IMG/VR virus record: IMGVR_UViG_2851971941_000001
Span: 1 to 36,077 of that record
Reading direction: 5' to 3' (one strand)
Length of the DNA stretch: 36,077 bases
Source of the DNA: a virus
Lineage: Duplodnaviria > Heunggongvirae > Uroviricota > Caudoviricetes
In this document: in pieces, positions 27,840 through 36,077 of the stretch
How positions within the stretch are numbered: position 1 is the stretch's first letter
Layout: the number at the start of each line of letters is the position of its first letter
Notes under the pieces: generated by a model
What the model was told of the DNA's origin: nothing
The model's input: only the letters and a program-made list of their open reading frames with translations
The model's database searches: none
Translations under genes and position numbers: made by a program

Positions 27840-29030
27840 ATGAGTGACTATCATCACGGTGTGCAGGTGCTGGAGATTAACGACGGCACCCGCGTCATTT
27901 CCACCGTATCCACGGCCATTGTCGGCATGGTCTGCACGGCCAGCGATGCGGATGCGGAAACCTTCCCCCTCAATAAACCTGTGCTGATTACCAATGTGCA
28001 GAGCGCAATTGCAAAGGCCGGTAAAAAAGGCACGCTGGCGGCGTCGTTGCAGGCCATCGCTGACCAGTCAAAACCGGTCACCGTAGTCGTGCGTGTGGAA
28101 GACGGCACCGGCGACGACGAAGAAACGAAACTCGCGCAGACTGTTTCCAATATCATCGGCACCACCGACGAAAACGGTCAGTACACCGGACTGAAAGCCC
28201 TGCTGGCGGCGGAGTCGGTTACCGGTGTTAAACCGCGTATTCTCGGTGTGCCGGGACTGGACACCAAAGAGGTGGCGGTTGCACTGGCATCAGTCTGTCA
28301 GAAGCTGCGCGCTTTCGGGTATATCAGCGCATGGGGCTGTAAAACCATTTCCGAGGTGAAAGCCTACCGCCAGAATTTCAGCCAGCGTGAGCTGATGGTC
28401 ATCTGGCCGGATTTCCTCGCATGGGATACGGTCGCCAGTACCACCGCCACCGCGTATGCCACCGCCCGTGCGCTGGGCCTGCGCGCTAAAATCGACCAGG
28501 AGCAGGGCTGGCATAAAACGCTGTCCAACGTCGGGGTAAACGGTGTTACCGGCATCAGTGCCTCTGTATTCTGGGATTTGCAGGAGTCCGGCACCGATGC
28601 TGACCTGTTGAACGAGTCAGGTGTCACAACGCTGATTCGCCGTGACGGTTTCCGCTTCTGGGGTAACCGTACCTGCTCTGATGACCCGCTGTTCATCTTT
28701 GAAAACTACACCCGCACCGCGCAGGTGCTGGCCGACACGATGGCTGAGGCGCACATGTGGGCGGTGGACAAGCCCATCACTGCAACGCTGATTCGCGACA
28801 TCGTTGACGGCATCAATGCCAAATTCCGTGAGCTGAAAACAAACGGCTATATCGTGGATGCGACCTGCTGGTTCAGCGAAGAATCCAACGATGCGGAAAC
28901 CCTCAAGGCCGGAAAACTGTATATCGACTACGACTATACACCGGTGCCTCCTCTCGAAAACCTGACCCTGCGCCAGCGTATTACCGATAAATACCTGGCA
29001 AATCTGGTCACCTCGGTTAACAGCAATTAA
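27840..29030 (+). CDS. FI: Tail sheath protein FI (396 aa)
   Basis: 396 aa, the same length as P2 gpFI; followed by tube gene. Confidence 0.85.
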   Translation: MSDYHHGVQVLEINDGTRVISTVSTAIVGMVCTASDADAETFPLNKPVLITNVQSAIAKAGKKGTLAASLQAIADQSKPVTVVVRVEDGTGDDEETKLAQTVSNIIGTTDENGQYTGLKALLAAESVTGVKPRILGVPGLDTKEVAVALASVCQKLRAFGYISAWGCKTISEVKAYRQNFSQRELMVIWPDFLAWDTVASTTATAYATARALGLRAKIDQEQGWHKTLSNVGVNGVTGISASVFWDLQESGTDADLLNESGVTTLIRRDGFRFWGNRTCSDDPLFIFENYTRTAQVLADTMAEAHMWAVDKPITATLIRDIVDGINAKFRELKTNGYIVDATCWFSEESNDAETLKAGKLYIDYDYTPVPPLENLTLRQRITDKYLANLVTSVNSN

Positions 29031-29042
29031 GGAGCCTGACCG

Positions 29043-29561
29043 ATGGCAATGCCGCGCAAACTCAAGTTAATGAACGTCTTTCTGAACGGCTACAGCTATC
29101 AGGGCGTTGCAAAGTCCGTCACGCTGCCAAAACTGACCCGTAAGCTCGAAAACTATCGCGGTGCGGGGATGAACGGCAGCGCACCGGTAGACCTCGGCCT
29201 TGATGACGATGCACTGTCAATGGAGTGGTCGCTCGGGGGCTTCCCGGATTCGGTTATCTGGGAGCTGTACGCCGCAACCGGTGTGGATGCTGTGCCGATT
29301 CGTTTTGCAGGCTCTTACCAGCGCGACGATACCGGCGAAACGGTGGCCGTCGAGGTGGTCATGCGTGGACGTCAGAAAGAAATCGACACCGGCGAGGGGA
29401 AACAGGGAGAAGACACCGAGTCGAAAATCTCCGTGGTCTGCACCTATTTCCGGCTGACGATGGACAGTAAGGAGCTGGTCGAAATCGACACCATCAACAT
29501 GATTGAGAAGGTGAACGGCGTCGACCGGCTGGAGCAACACCGCCGCAATATCGGCCTGTAA
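29043..29561 (+). CDS. FII: Tail tube protein FII (172 aa)
   Basis: 172 aa, the same length as P2 gpFII; synteny. Confidence 0.85.
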   Translation: MAMPRKLKLMNVFLNGYSYQGVAKSVTLPKLTRKLENYRGAGMNGSAPVDLGLDDDALSMEWSLGGFPDSVIWELYAATGVDAVPIRFAGSYQRDDTGETVAVEVVMRGRQKEIDTGEGKQGEDTESKISVVCTYFRLTMDSKELVEIDTINMIEKVNGVDRLEQHRRNIGL

Positions 29562-29617
29562 TTTTCATCCGGTCAGCCTGGCTGACCGGTTAACCCCGAT
29601 TCAGAAGTGAGAAAACC

Positions 29618-29893
29618 ATGAACAAAGAAAATGTGATTACCCTGGACAATCCGGTCAAGCGTGGTGAGCAGGTTATCGAACAGGTCACGCTGATGAAACC
29701 CAGTGCGGGGACGCTGCGCGGTGTCAGTCTGGCTGCGGTCGCGAACTCAGAAGTCGATGCACTGATTAAGGTGCTGCCGCGCATGACGGCACCGATGCTG
29801 ACCGAGCAGGAGGTCGCCGCGCTGGAACTGCCTGACCTTGTGGCGCTGGCCGGTAAGGTGGTCGGTTTTTTGTCTCCGAACTCGGTGCAGTGA
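29618..29893 (+). CDS. E: Tail assembly chaperone E (91 aa)
   Basis: 91 aa, the same length as P2 gpE; ends VVGFLSPNSVQ just after a T6G slippery run. Confidence 0.8.
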   Translation: MNKENVITLDNPVKRGEQVIEQVTLMKPSAGTLRGVSLAAVANSEVDALIKVLPRMTAPMLTEQEVAALELPDLVALAGKVVGFLSPNSVQ

Positions 29894-30045
29894 CGTTTCC
29901 GAAAAATCTGTCGGTCGATGACCTGATGGCAGATGTGGCAGTGATATTTCACTGGCCGCCATCAGAACTGTATCCCATGAGCCTGACCGAACTCATCACA
30001 TGGCGCGAAAAGGCGCTCCGGCGAAGCGGAAACACGAATGAGTAA
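29618..30045 (+). CDS. E': Tail assembly chaperone E+E' made by programmed -1 frameshift at TTTTTTG (29866..29872); predicted 142 aa
   Basis: Translating the -1 frame by hand from the slippery site gives an open extension FVSELGAVTFPKNLSVDDLMADVAVIFHWPPSELYPMSLTELITWREKALRRSGNTNE ending at TAA 30043..30045; total 142 aa equals P2 gpE'; overlaps start of T. Confidence 0.7.
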
Positions 30046-32485
30046 CAATGTAAAATTACAGGTATTGCTCAGGGCTGTTGACCAGGCATCCCGCCCGTTT
30101 AAATCCATCCGCACAGCGAGCAAATCGCTGTCGGGGGATATCCGGGAAACACAAAAATCACTGCGCGAGCTGAACGGTCACGCATCCCGTATTGAGGGAT
30201 TCCGCAAGACCAGTGCACAGCTCGCCGTGACTGGTCATGCACTTGAAAAGGCACGGCAGGAAGCCGAAGCCCTTGCCACACAGTTTAAAAACACTGAACG
30301 TCCGACCCGTGCTCAGGCGAAAGTGCTGGAATCCGCAAAGCGTGCGGCGGAGGACTTACAGGCGAAATATAACCGCCTGACGGATTCCGTTAAACGCCAG
30401 CAGCGGGAACTGGCCGCTGTGGGAATTAATACCCGCAATCTTGCACATGATGAGCAGGGACTGAAAAACCGTATCAGTGAAACCACCGCACAGCTTAACC
30501 GTCAGCGTGACGCGCTGGCGCGTGTCAGTGCACAACAGGCAAAACTTAACGCAGTCAAACAGCGTTATCAGGCAGGCAAGGAACTGGCCGGAAATATGGC
30601 CTCAGTGGGCGCTGCCGGTGTGGGGATTGCGGCGGCGGGAACGATGGCCGGAGTTAAGTTGCTGATGCCCGGTTATGAGTTTGCGCAGAAAAACTCAGAA
30701 TTGCAGGCCGTGCTCGGAGTGGCAAAAGACTCCGCCGAAATGACCGCACTACGCAAACAGGCGCGCCAGCTCGGCGACAATACCGCCGCCTCGGCGGATG
30801 ATGCGGCCGGTGCGCAGATAATCATCGCGAAAGCGGGTGGGGATGTTGATGCCATTCAGGCGGCAACGCCGGTCACGCTGAATATGGCGCTGGCGAACCG
30901 CCGCACGATGGAAGAAAACGCCGCCCTGCTGATGGGGATGAAATCCGCCTTTCAGCTTTCAAACGATAAGGTCGCTCATATCGGGGATGTTCTCTCCATG
31001 ACGATGAACAAAACCGCCGCCGATTTTGACGGCATGAGCGATGCGCTGACCTATGCCGCACCTGTGGCAAAAAATGCCGGTGTCAGCATTGAAGAAACCG
31101 CCGCAATGGTCGGGGCGCTGCATGATGCAAAAATCACAGGCTCAATGGCGGGGACGGGAAGCCGTGCCGTGTTAAGCCGCCTGCAGGCACCGACGGGAAA
31201 AGCGTGGGATGCACTGAAAGAGCTTGGTGTGAAAACCTCAGACAGCAAGGGAAACATCCGACCAGTATTTACCATTCTGAAAGAAATGCAGGCCAGTTTT
31301 GAGAAAAAACGGCTCGGTACTGCCCAGCAGGCCGAATACATGAAAACCATTTTCGGGGAGGAGGCCAGCTCAGCCGCCGCTGTGCTGATGACTGCCGCGT
31401 CAACCGGAAAGCTGGACAAACTGACCGCTGCGTTTAAAGCCTCAGACGGAAAGACCGCAGAACTGGTAAATATCATGCAGGACAACCTCGGCGGTGACTT
31501 TAAGGAGTTTCAGTCCGCTTATGAGGCGGTGGGGACTGACCTGTTTGACCAGCAGGAAGGCGCACTGCGTAAGCTCACGCAGACGGCCACAAAGTATGTG
31601 TTAAAACTCGACGGCTGGATCCAGAAAAACAAATCACTGGCGTCAACCATCGGCCTCATTGTCGGTGGCGCGCTGGCGCTTACTGGCATCATCGGTGCCA
31701 TTGGTCTTGTAGCCTGGCCGGTTATCACCGGCATCAATGCCATTATCGCGGTAGCAGGCGCAATGGGGGCAATCTTCACGACGGTTGGTAGTGCTGTTAT
31801 GACGGCCATCGGGGCGATTAGCTGGCCGGTTGTGGCCGTGGTGGCCGCCATTGTCGCCGGGGCGTTGCTTATCCGTAAATACTGGGAGCCTGTCAGCGCA
31901 TTCTTTGGCGGTGTGGTTGAAGGGCTGAAAGCGGCATTTGCGCCGGTGGGGGAACTGTTCACGCCACTTAAGCCGGTGTTTGACTGGCTGGGCGAAAAGT
32001 TACAGGCCGCGTGGCAGTGGTTTAAAAACCTGATTGCCCCGGTCAAAGCCACCCAGGACACCCTGAACCGTTGCCGTGATACGGGCGTCATGTTCGGGCA
32101 GGCACTGGCTGACGCGCTGATGCTGCCGCTTAATGCGTTCAACAAACTGCGCAGCGGTATTGACTGGGTACTGGAAAAACTCGGGGTCATCAACAAAGAG
32201 TCAGACACACTTGACCAGACCGCCGCCAGAACTCATGCCGCCACGTATGGCACCGGTGGTTATATTCCGGCGACCAGCTCTTATGCAGGCTATCAGGCTT
32301 ATCAGCCAGTCTCGGCACCGGCTGGCCGCTCTTATGTGGACCAGAGTAAAAACGAATATCACATCAGCCTGACGGGTGGTACTGCGCCGGGGACACAGCT
32401 TGACCGCCAGTTACAGGATGCGCTCGAAAAATACGAGCGGGATAAACGTGCGCGTGCCCGTGCCAGCATGATGCATGACGGTTAA
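30038..32485 (+). CDS. T: Tail tape-measure protein T (815 aa)
   Basis: 815 aa, the same length as P2 gpT; Ala/Gly-rich hydrophobic repeats in central region. Confidence 0.85.
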   Translation: MSNNVKLQVLLRAVDQASRPFKSIRTASKSLSGDIRETQKSLRELNGHASRIEGFRKTSAQLAVTGHALEKARQEAEALATQFKNTERPTRAQAKVLESAKRAAEDLQAKYNRLTDSVKRQQRELAAVGINTRNLAHDEQGLKNRISETTAQLNRQRDALARVSAQQAKLNAVKQRYQAGKELAGNMASVGAAGVGIAAAGTMAGVKLLMPGYEFAQKNSELQAVLGVAKDSAEMTALRKQARQLGDNTAASADDAAGAQIIIAKAGGDVDAIQAATPVTLNMALANRRTMEENAALLMGMKSAFQLSNDKVAHIGDVLSMTMNKTAADFDGMSDALTYAAPVAKNAGVSIEETAAMVGALHDAKITGSMAGTGSRAVLSRLQAPTGKAWDALKELGVKTSDSKGNIRPVFTILKEMQASFEKKRLGTAQQAEYMKTIFGEEASSAAAVLMTAASTGKLDKLTAAFKASDGKTAELVNIMQDNLGGDFKEFQSAYEAVGTDLFDQQEGALRKLTQTATKYVLKLDGWIQKNKSLASTIGLIVGGALALTGIIGAIGLVAWPVITGINAIIAVAGAMGAIFTTVGSAVMTAIGAISWPVVAVVAAIVAGALLIRKYWEPVSAFFGGVVEGLKAAFAPVGELFTPLKPVFDWLGEKLQAAWQWFKNLIAPVKATQDTLNRCRDTGVMFGQALADALMLPLNAFNKLRSGIDWVLEKLGVINKESDTLDQTAARTHAATYGTGGYIPATSSYAGYQAYQPVSAPAGRSYVDQSKNEYHISLTGGTAPGTQLDRQLQDALEKYERDKRARARASMMHDG

Positions 32486-32499
32486 GGAGGTGACGAAAA

Positions 32500-32979
32500 A
32501 TGATGCTCGCGTTAGGTATGTTTGTTTTTATGCGCCAGACGCTGCCACACCAGACCATGCAGCGTGAATCAGATTATCGCTGGCCGTCAAATTCCCGTAT
32601 CGGTAAACGGGATGCCTTTCAGTTTCTCGGTGTTGGCGAGGAAAATATCACGCTTGCCGGTGTGCTTTATCCCGAACTGACCGGCGGCAAGCTGACGATG
32701 ACCACGCTCAGGCTGATGGCTGAGGAAGGCCGGGCGTGGCCGTTGCTGGATGGCACAGGCATGATTTACGGCATGTATGTCATCAGCAGGGTGAGTGAAA
32801 CAGGGAGTATTTTCTTTGCAGACGGCACACCCCGGAAAATTGATTTTACGCTGTCACTTACCCGCGTTGATGAATCACTGGCCGCGCTTTATGGCGATAT
32901 CGGTAAACAGGCGGAATCGCTCATCGGTAAGGCGGGCAGTATGGCAACTAAATTCACGGGTATGACGGGGGCGGGATAA
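32500..32979 (+). CDS. U: Tail protein U (159 aa)
   Basis: 159 aa, the same length as P2 gpU; synteny. Confidence 0.8.
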   Translation: MMLALGMFVFMRQTLPHQTMQRESDYRWPSNSRIGKRDAFQFLGVGEENITLAGVLYPELTGGKLTMTTLRLMAEEGRAWPLLDGTGMIYGMYVISRVSETGSIFFADGTPRKIDFTLSLTRVDESLAALYGDIGKQAESLIGKAGSMATKFTGMTGAG

Positions 32980-34142
32980 TGCTGGATACGCTGACATTTG
33001 ATGCAGGCAGTACGCTGACGCCGGATTACATGCTGATGCTCGACAGCAGGGATATTACCGGCAATATCAGCGACCGTCTGATGAGCATGACCCTGACGGA
33101 TAACCGGGGCTTTGAGGCTGACCAGCTTGATATTGAACTGAACGATGCCGACGGGCAGGTCGGGCTGCCGGTTCGTGGCGCTGTCCTGACGGTGTATATC
33201 GGCTGGAAAGGTTTTGCCCTGGTATGCAAAGGGAAATTTACCGTTGATGAGGTTGAACACCGGGGCGCGCCGGATGTGGTCACCATCCGCGCCCGGAGTG
33301 CAGATTTTCGCGGGACGCTCAATTCCCGCCGGGAAGGCTCCTGGCATGACACCACGCTCGGTGCGATTGTTGAGGCGATAGCCTCCCGTAACAGGCTGGA
33401 AGCCCGTGTTGCTCCGTCACTGGCCGGAATTAAAATCCCGCACATCGACCAGTCGCAGGAGTCTGATGCGAAATTCCTGACCCGTCTTGCTGAACGCAAC
33501 GGCGGTGAGGTGTCGGTAAAAATGGGAAAACTGCTGTTTCTCAAAGCGGGGCAGGGGGTGACTGCCAGCGGTAAAAAAATCCCGCAGATTACCATCACCC
33601 GCAGCGACGGTGACCGTCATCATTTTGCGATTGCTGATCGTGGAGCCTATACCGGCGTAACGGCAAAGTGGTTACACACCAAAGACCCGAAGCCGCAAAA
33701 GCAGAAGGTAAAACTGAAACGCAAAAAGAAAGAAAAACACCTGCGCGCACTGGAGCACCCGAAAGCAAAACCGGTCACGCAGAAGAAAGCGCCAAAAGTA
33801 CCGGAAGCGCGCGAAGGTGAATACATGGCCGGTGAGGCTGACAACGTTTTTGCCCTGACTACGGTATATGCCACGAAAGCACAGGCCATGCGCGCCGCTC
33901 AGGCGAAGTGGGATAAACTGCAACGGGGTGTGGCGGAGTTCTCCATCAGCCTGGCTACCGGTCGGGCAGATATTTACACGGAAACACCGGTTAAAGTGTC
34001 AGGCTTTAAGCGCGTCATAGACGAGCAGGACTGGACAATCACTAAGGTGACACATTTTCTGAATAATAGCGGCTTCACAACGTCCTTGGAGCTTGAGGTC
34101 AGGCTTTCTGATGTAGAGTACGAAACAGAAGATGATGAGTGA
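32979..34142 (+). CDS. D: Tail protein D (387 aa)
   Basis: 387 aa, the same length as P2 gpD; ATGA overlap with U. Confidence 0.85.
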   Translation: MLDTLTFDAGSTLTPDYMLMLDSRDITGNISDRLMSMTLTDNRGFEADQLDIELNDADGQVGLPVRGAVLTVYIGWKGFALVCKGKFTVDEVEHRGAPDVVTIRARSADFRGTLNSRREGSWHDTTLGAIVEAIASRNRLEARVAPSLAGIKIPHIDQSQESDAKFLTRLAERNGGEVSVKMGKLLFLKAGQGVTASGKKIPQITITRSDGDRHHFAIADRGAYTGVTAKWLHTKDPKPQKQKVKLKRKKKEKHLRALEHPKAKPVTQKKAPKVPEAREGEYMAGEADNVFALTTVYATKAQAMRAAQAKWDKLQRGVAEFSISLATGRADIYTETPVKVSGFKRVIDEQDWTITKVTHFLNNSGFTTSLELEVRLSDVEYETEDDE

Positions 34143-34223
34143 TATTTTTATTTTATCTATTTGTTTTGTAAGGATAAATTAACTAAAATGGCACCATCAA
34201 CAAAACCGGAAGAGGTGCTCGCG

Positions 34224-34442
34224 ATGTTTCATTGTCCTTTATGCCAGCATGCCGCACATGCGCGTACAAGCCGCTATATCACTGACACGACAAAAGAGCG
34301 TTATCACCAGTGTCAGAACGTGAATTGCAGCGCCACGTTCATCACTTATGAGTCGGTACAGCGATACATCGTGAAGCCGGGAGAAGTCCACGCCGTAAGA
34401 CCGCACCCGTTGCCGTCAGGGCAGCAAATTATGTGGATGTAA
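34224..34442 (+). CDS. ogr: Late-gene transcriptional activator Ogr (zinc finger, 72 aa)
   Basis: Internal ATG at 34224 gives 72 aa MFHCPLCQHAAHARTSRYITDTTKERYHQCQNVNCSATF with CxxC...CxxxxC zinc-binding pattern; last gene before attR. Confidence 0.85.
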   Translation: MFHCPLCQHAAHARTSRYITDTTKERYHQCQNVNCSATFITYESVQRYIVKPGEVHAVRPHPLPSGQQIMWM

Positions 34443-34454
34443 TTACAAACAGAA

Positions 34455-34480
34455 AGCCCCTCAGTCGAGGGGCTTTTTTT
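34455..34480 (+). terminator. Rho-independent terminator after ogr
   Basis: AGCCCCTC-AGTC-GAGGGGCT hairpin followed by a 7-T run, 12 bp after the ogr stop. Confidence 0.75.
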
Positions 34481-34542
34481 GTCGATGTGGTCAATGTGTG
34501 GACGTGACCAGAAATAAATCCTTTTATTTCATTGTATTACGC

Positions 34543-34571
34543 ATAAAAAATAAGCCCGTGTAAGGGAGATT
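34543..34571. repeat. attR core: second copy of the 29-bp direct repeat
   Basis: Exact copy of the 1959..1987 29-mer, about 100 bp downstream of ogr. Confidence 0.85.
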
Positions 34572-34715
34572 ACACAGGCTAAGGAGGTGGTTCCTGGTAC
34601 AGCTAGCATTTTATGGGTTATGTTTTTCAGCGAAACGGATGATAACCTTAATAAATGCAGCTGTATGTGATCGGTTTCTAAGAATTTTTCATCCGGGAAA
34701 AATAATCGAAATTAA

Positions 34716-36077
34716 TCACTTACCGTGGGGGTTACGCGTGGTTTCCCCGGAGAAATTACGCATCAGCAGCGCGTAATTTAGCTCAAGATCCTGCGGCACC
34801 GGGAGCCACACAGTATAACCATCGCCTGGTGCGACCGGCATCGCTTCACCTTTGGCGTTTTCCATATGCTCAAGGGTAAAGTTAATGTTGCCTTGCGGCG
34901 TCATCAGCTCAAGGCTGTCGCCAACGGAGAATTTATTTTTCACCGCTACCGCCGCGAGCTCCCCCTTGCGCTCACCGGTAAACTCACCAACAAACTGCTG
35001 ACGGTCAGAAACCGAATAACCGTATTCGTAGTTCTGATAATCGTCGTGGGTATGACGACGCAGGAAACCTTCGGTATAGCCACGATGCGCCAGACCTTCC
35101 AGCGTTTCCAGCAGGCTGGTATCGAACGGTTTGCCCGCAGCGGCGTCATCGATAGCTTTACGGTAAACCTGCGCGGTGCGTGCGCAATAGTAGAAAGATT
35201 TGGTACGGCCTTCGATTTTCAGCGAATGCACGCCCATTTTGGTCAGGCGTTCAACATGGGCGATGGCGCGCAGATCTTTCGAGTTCATGATGTAAGTGCC
35301 GTGCTCATCTTCAAACGCGGTCATATACTCGCCCGGACGCTGGGCTTCTTCGATCATAAACACTTTGTCGGTTGGCGCGCCGATACCCAGCGTCGGCTCA
35401 ACATTTTGCACCGGAATCGGCTCGTACTTGTGTACGATGTTGCCGACGTCATCTTCTTTCCCTTCCTGGACGTTGTACTCCCAGCGGCAGGCGTTGGTGC
35501 AGGTGCCCTGGTTCGGGTCGCGCTTGTTGATATAGCCAGAGAGCAGGCAGCGACCGGAGTAGGCCATGCACAGCGCGCCGTGAACGAAGATTTCGATCTC
35601 CATATCCGGCACCTGATTGCGGATCTCTTCAATCTCTTCCAGTGACAGTTCGCGAGAGAGGATCACGCGGGTCAGACCCATTTGCTGCCAGAATTTTACC
35701 GTCGCCCAGTTTACGGCGTTAGCCTGTACCGAGAGGTGGATTGGCATTTCCGGGAAGTGCTCACGCACCAGCATAATCAGCCCTGGATCGGACATAATCA
35801 GCGCATCCGGCCCCATTTCCACCACCGGTTTCAGGTCACGGATAAAGGTTTTCAGCTTGGCGTTGTGCGGTGCAATGTTGACCACGACATAAAACTTTTT
35901 CCCCAGCGCGTGGGCTTCATTGATGCCGAGCTGAAGATTTTCGTGGTTGAATTCGTTGTTGCGCACACGCAGGGAGTAACGCGGCTGGCCCGCATAAACA
36001 GCATCTGCGCCATAAGCGAAAGCGTAACGCATATTTTTCAGCGTTCCCGCCGGGGAAAGGAGTTCCGGTTTAAACAT
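34716..36077 (-). CDS. trhP: Peptidase U32-family protein YegQ (TrhP), complete host gene
   Basis: 453-aa ORF on minus strand starting MFKPELLSPAGTLKNMRYAFAYGADAVYAGQPRYSLR, typical of U32 family; size matches E. coli YegQ; outside the prophage repeat. Confidence 0.75.
   Translation of the reverse strand: MFKPELLSPAGTLKNMRYAFAYGADAVYAGQPRYSLRVRNNEFNHENLQLGINEAHALGKKFYVVVNIAPHNAKLKTFIRDLKPVVEMGPDALIMSDPGLIMLVREHFPEMPIHLSVQANAVNWATVKFWQQMGLTRVILSRELSLEEIEEIRNQVPDMEIEIFVHGALCMAYSGRCLLSGYINKRDPNQGTCTNACRWEYNVQEGKEDDVGNIVHKYEPIPVQNVEPTLGIGAPTDKVFMIEEAQRPGEYMTAFEDEHGTYIMNSKDLRAIAHVERLTKMGVHSLKIEGRTKSFYYCARTAQVYRKAIDDAAAGKPFDTSLLETLEGLAHRGYTEGFLRRHTHDDYQNYEYGYSVSDRQQFVGEFTGERKGELAAVAVKNKFSVGDSLELMTPQGNINFTLEHMENAKGEAMPVAPGDGYTVWLPVPQDLELNYALLMRNFSGETTRNPHGK

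Larger units (their letters stand above)
1959..34571. mobile_element. Complete P2-like prophage (Peduovirus-type), about 32.6 kb, flanked by 29-bp direct repeats
   Basis: Perfect 29-bp direct repeats at both ends; integrase adjacent to left repeat, ogr adjacent to right repeat; full set of P2-order replication, head, lysis, tail and regulatory genes in between with product lengths matching P2. Confidence 0.9.

Noticed and set aside
1-36077. CRISPR arrays, rRNA or tRNA genes, and insertion sequences
   Set aside because: No regularly spaced short repeats, no tRNA-like structure at either prophage boundary (the att core lies in non-coding sequence between protein genes), and no transposase-like ORFs or terminal inverted repeats were seen.

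Overview
The window is almost entirely one complete P2-like (Peduovirus-type) temperate prophage, about 32.6 kb, bounded by a perfect 29-bp direct repeat (att core) at 1959..1987 and 34543..34571. It sits between host genes yegS/yegR on the left and yegQ (trhP) on the right. Gene order and product lengths match the P2 map almost gene for gene: int, C, cox, orf78, B, orf80-83, A, then the cargo locus, cos, Q and P (minus strand), O N M L X Y K lysA lysB/lysC R S, a second cargo locus, V W J I H G, a third cargo locus, FI FII E/E' T U D ogr. All calls rest on reading the supplied translations, motifs, sizes and synteny; no database search was run. The three cargo loci are each sharply AT-rich against the GC-rich phage backbone. 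The most interesting is a tightly coupled three-gene operon at 8030..11451, occupying the position where P2 carries tin/old. It encodes a 306-aa protein of unknown function, a 158-aa protein, and a 673-aa SMC/Rad50-like ABC ATPase with N-terminal Walker A, a long coiled-coil region with a central CxxC hook-like motif, and C-terminal Walker B. This is my candidate anti-phage defence system; its architecture resembles Lamassu type II (LmuA-LmuC-LmuB / DdmABC) but I cannot confirm homology from sequence alone, and it may be a new variant. The other two cargo genes are a 261-aa multi-pass membrane protein (S-V junction, opposite strand) and a 169-aa HNH nuclease (G-FI junction, the Z/fun position).
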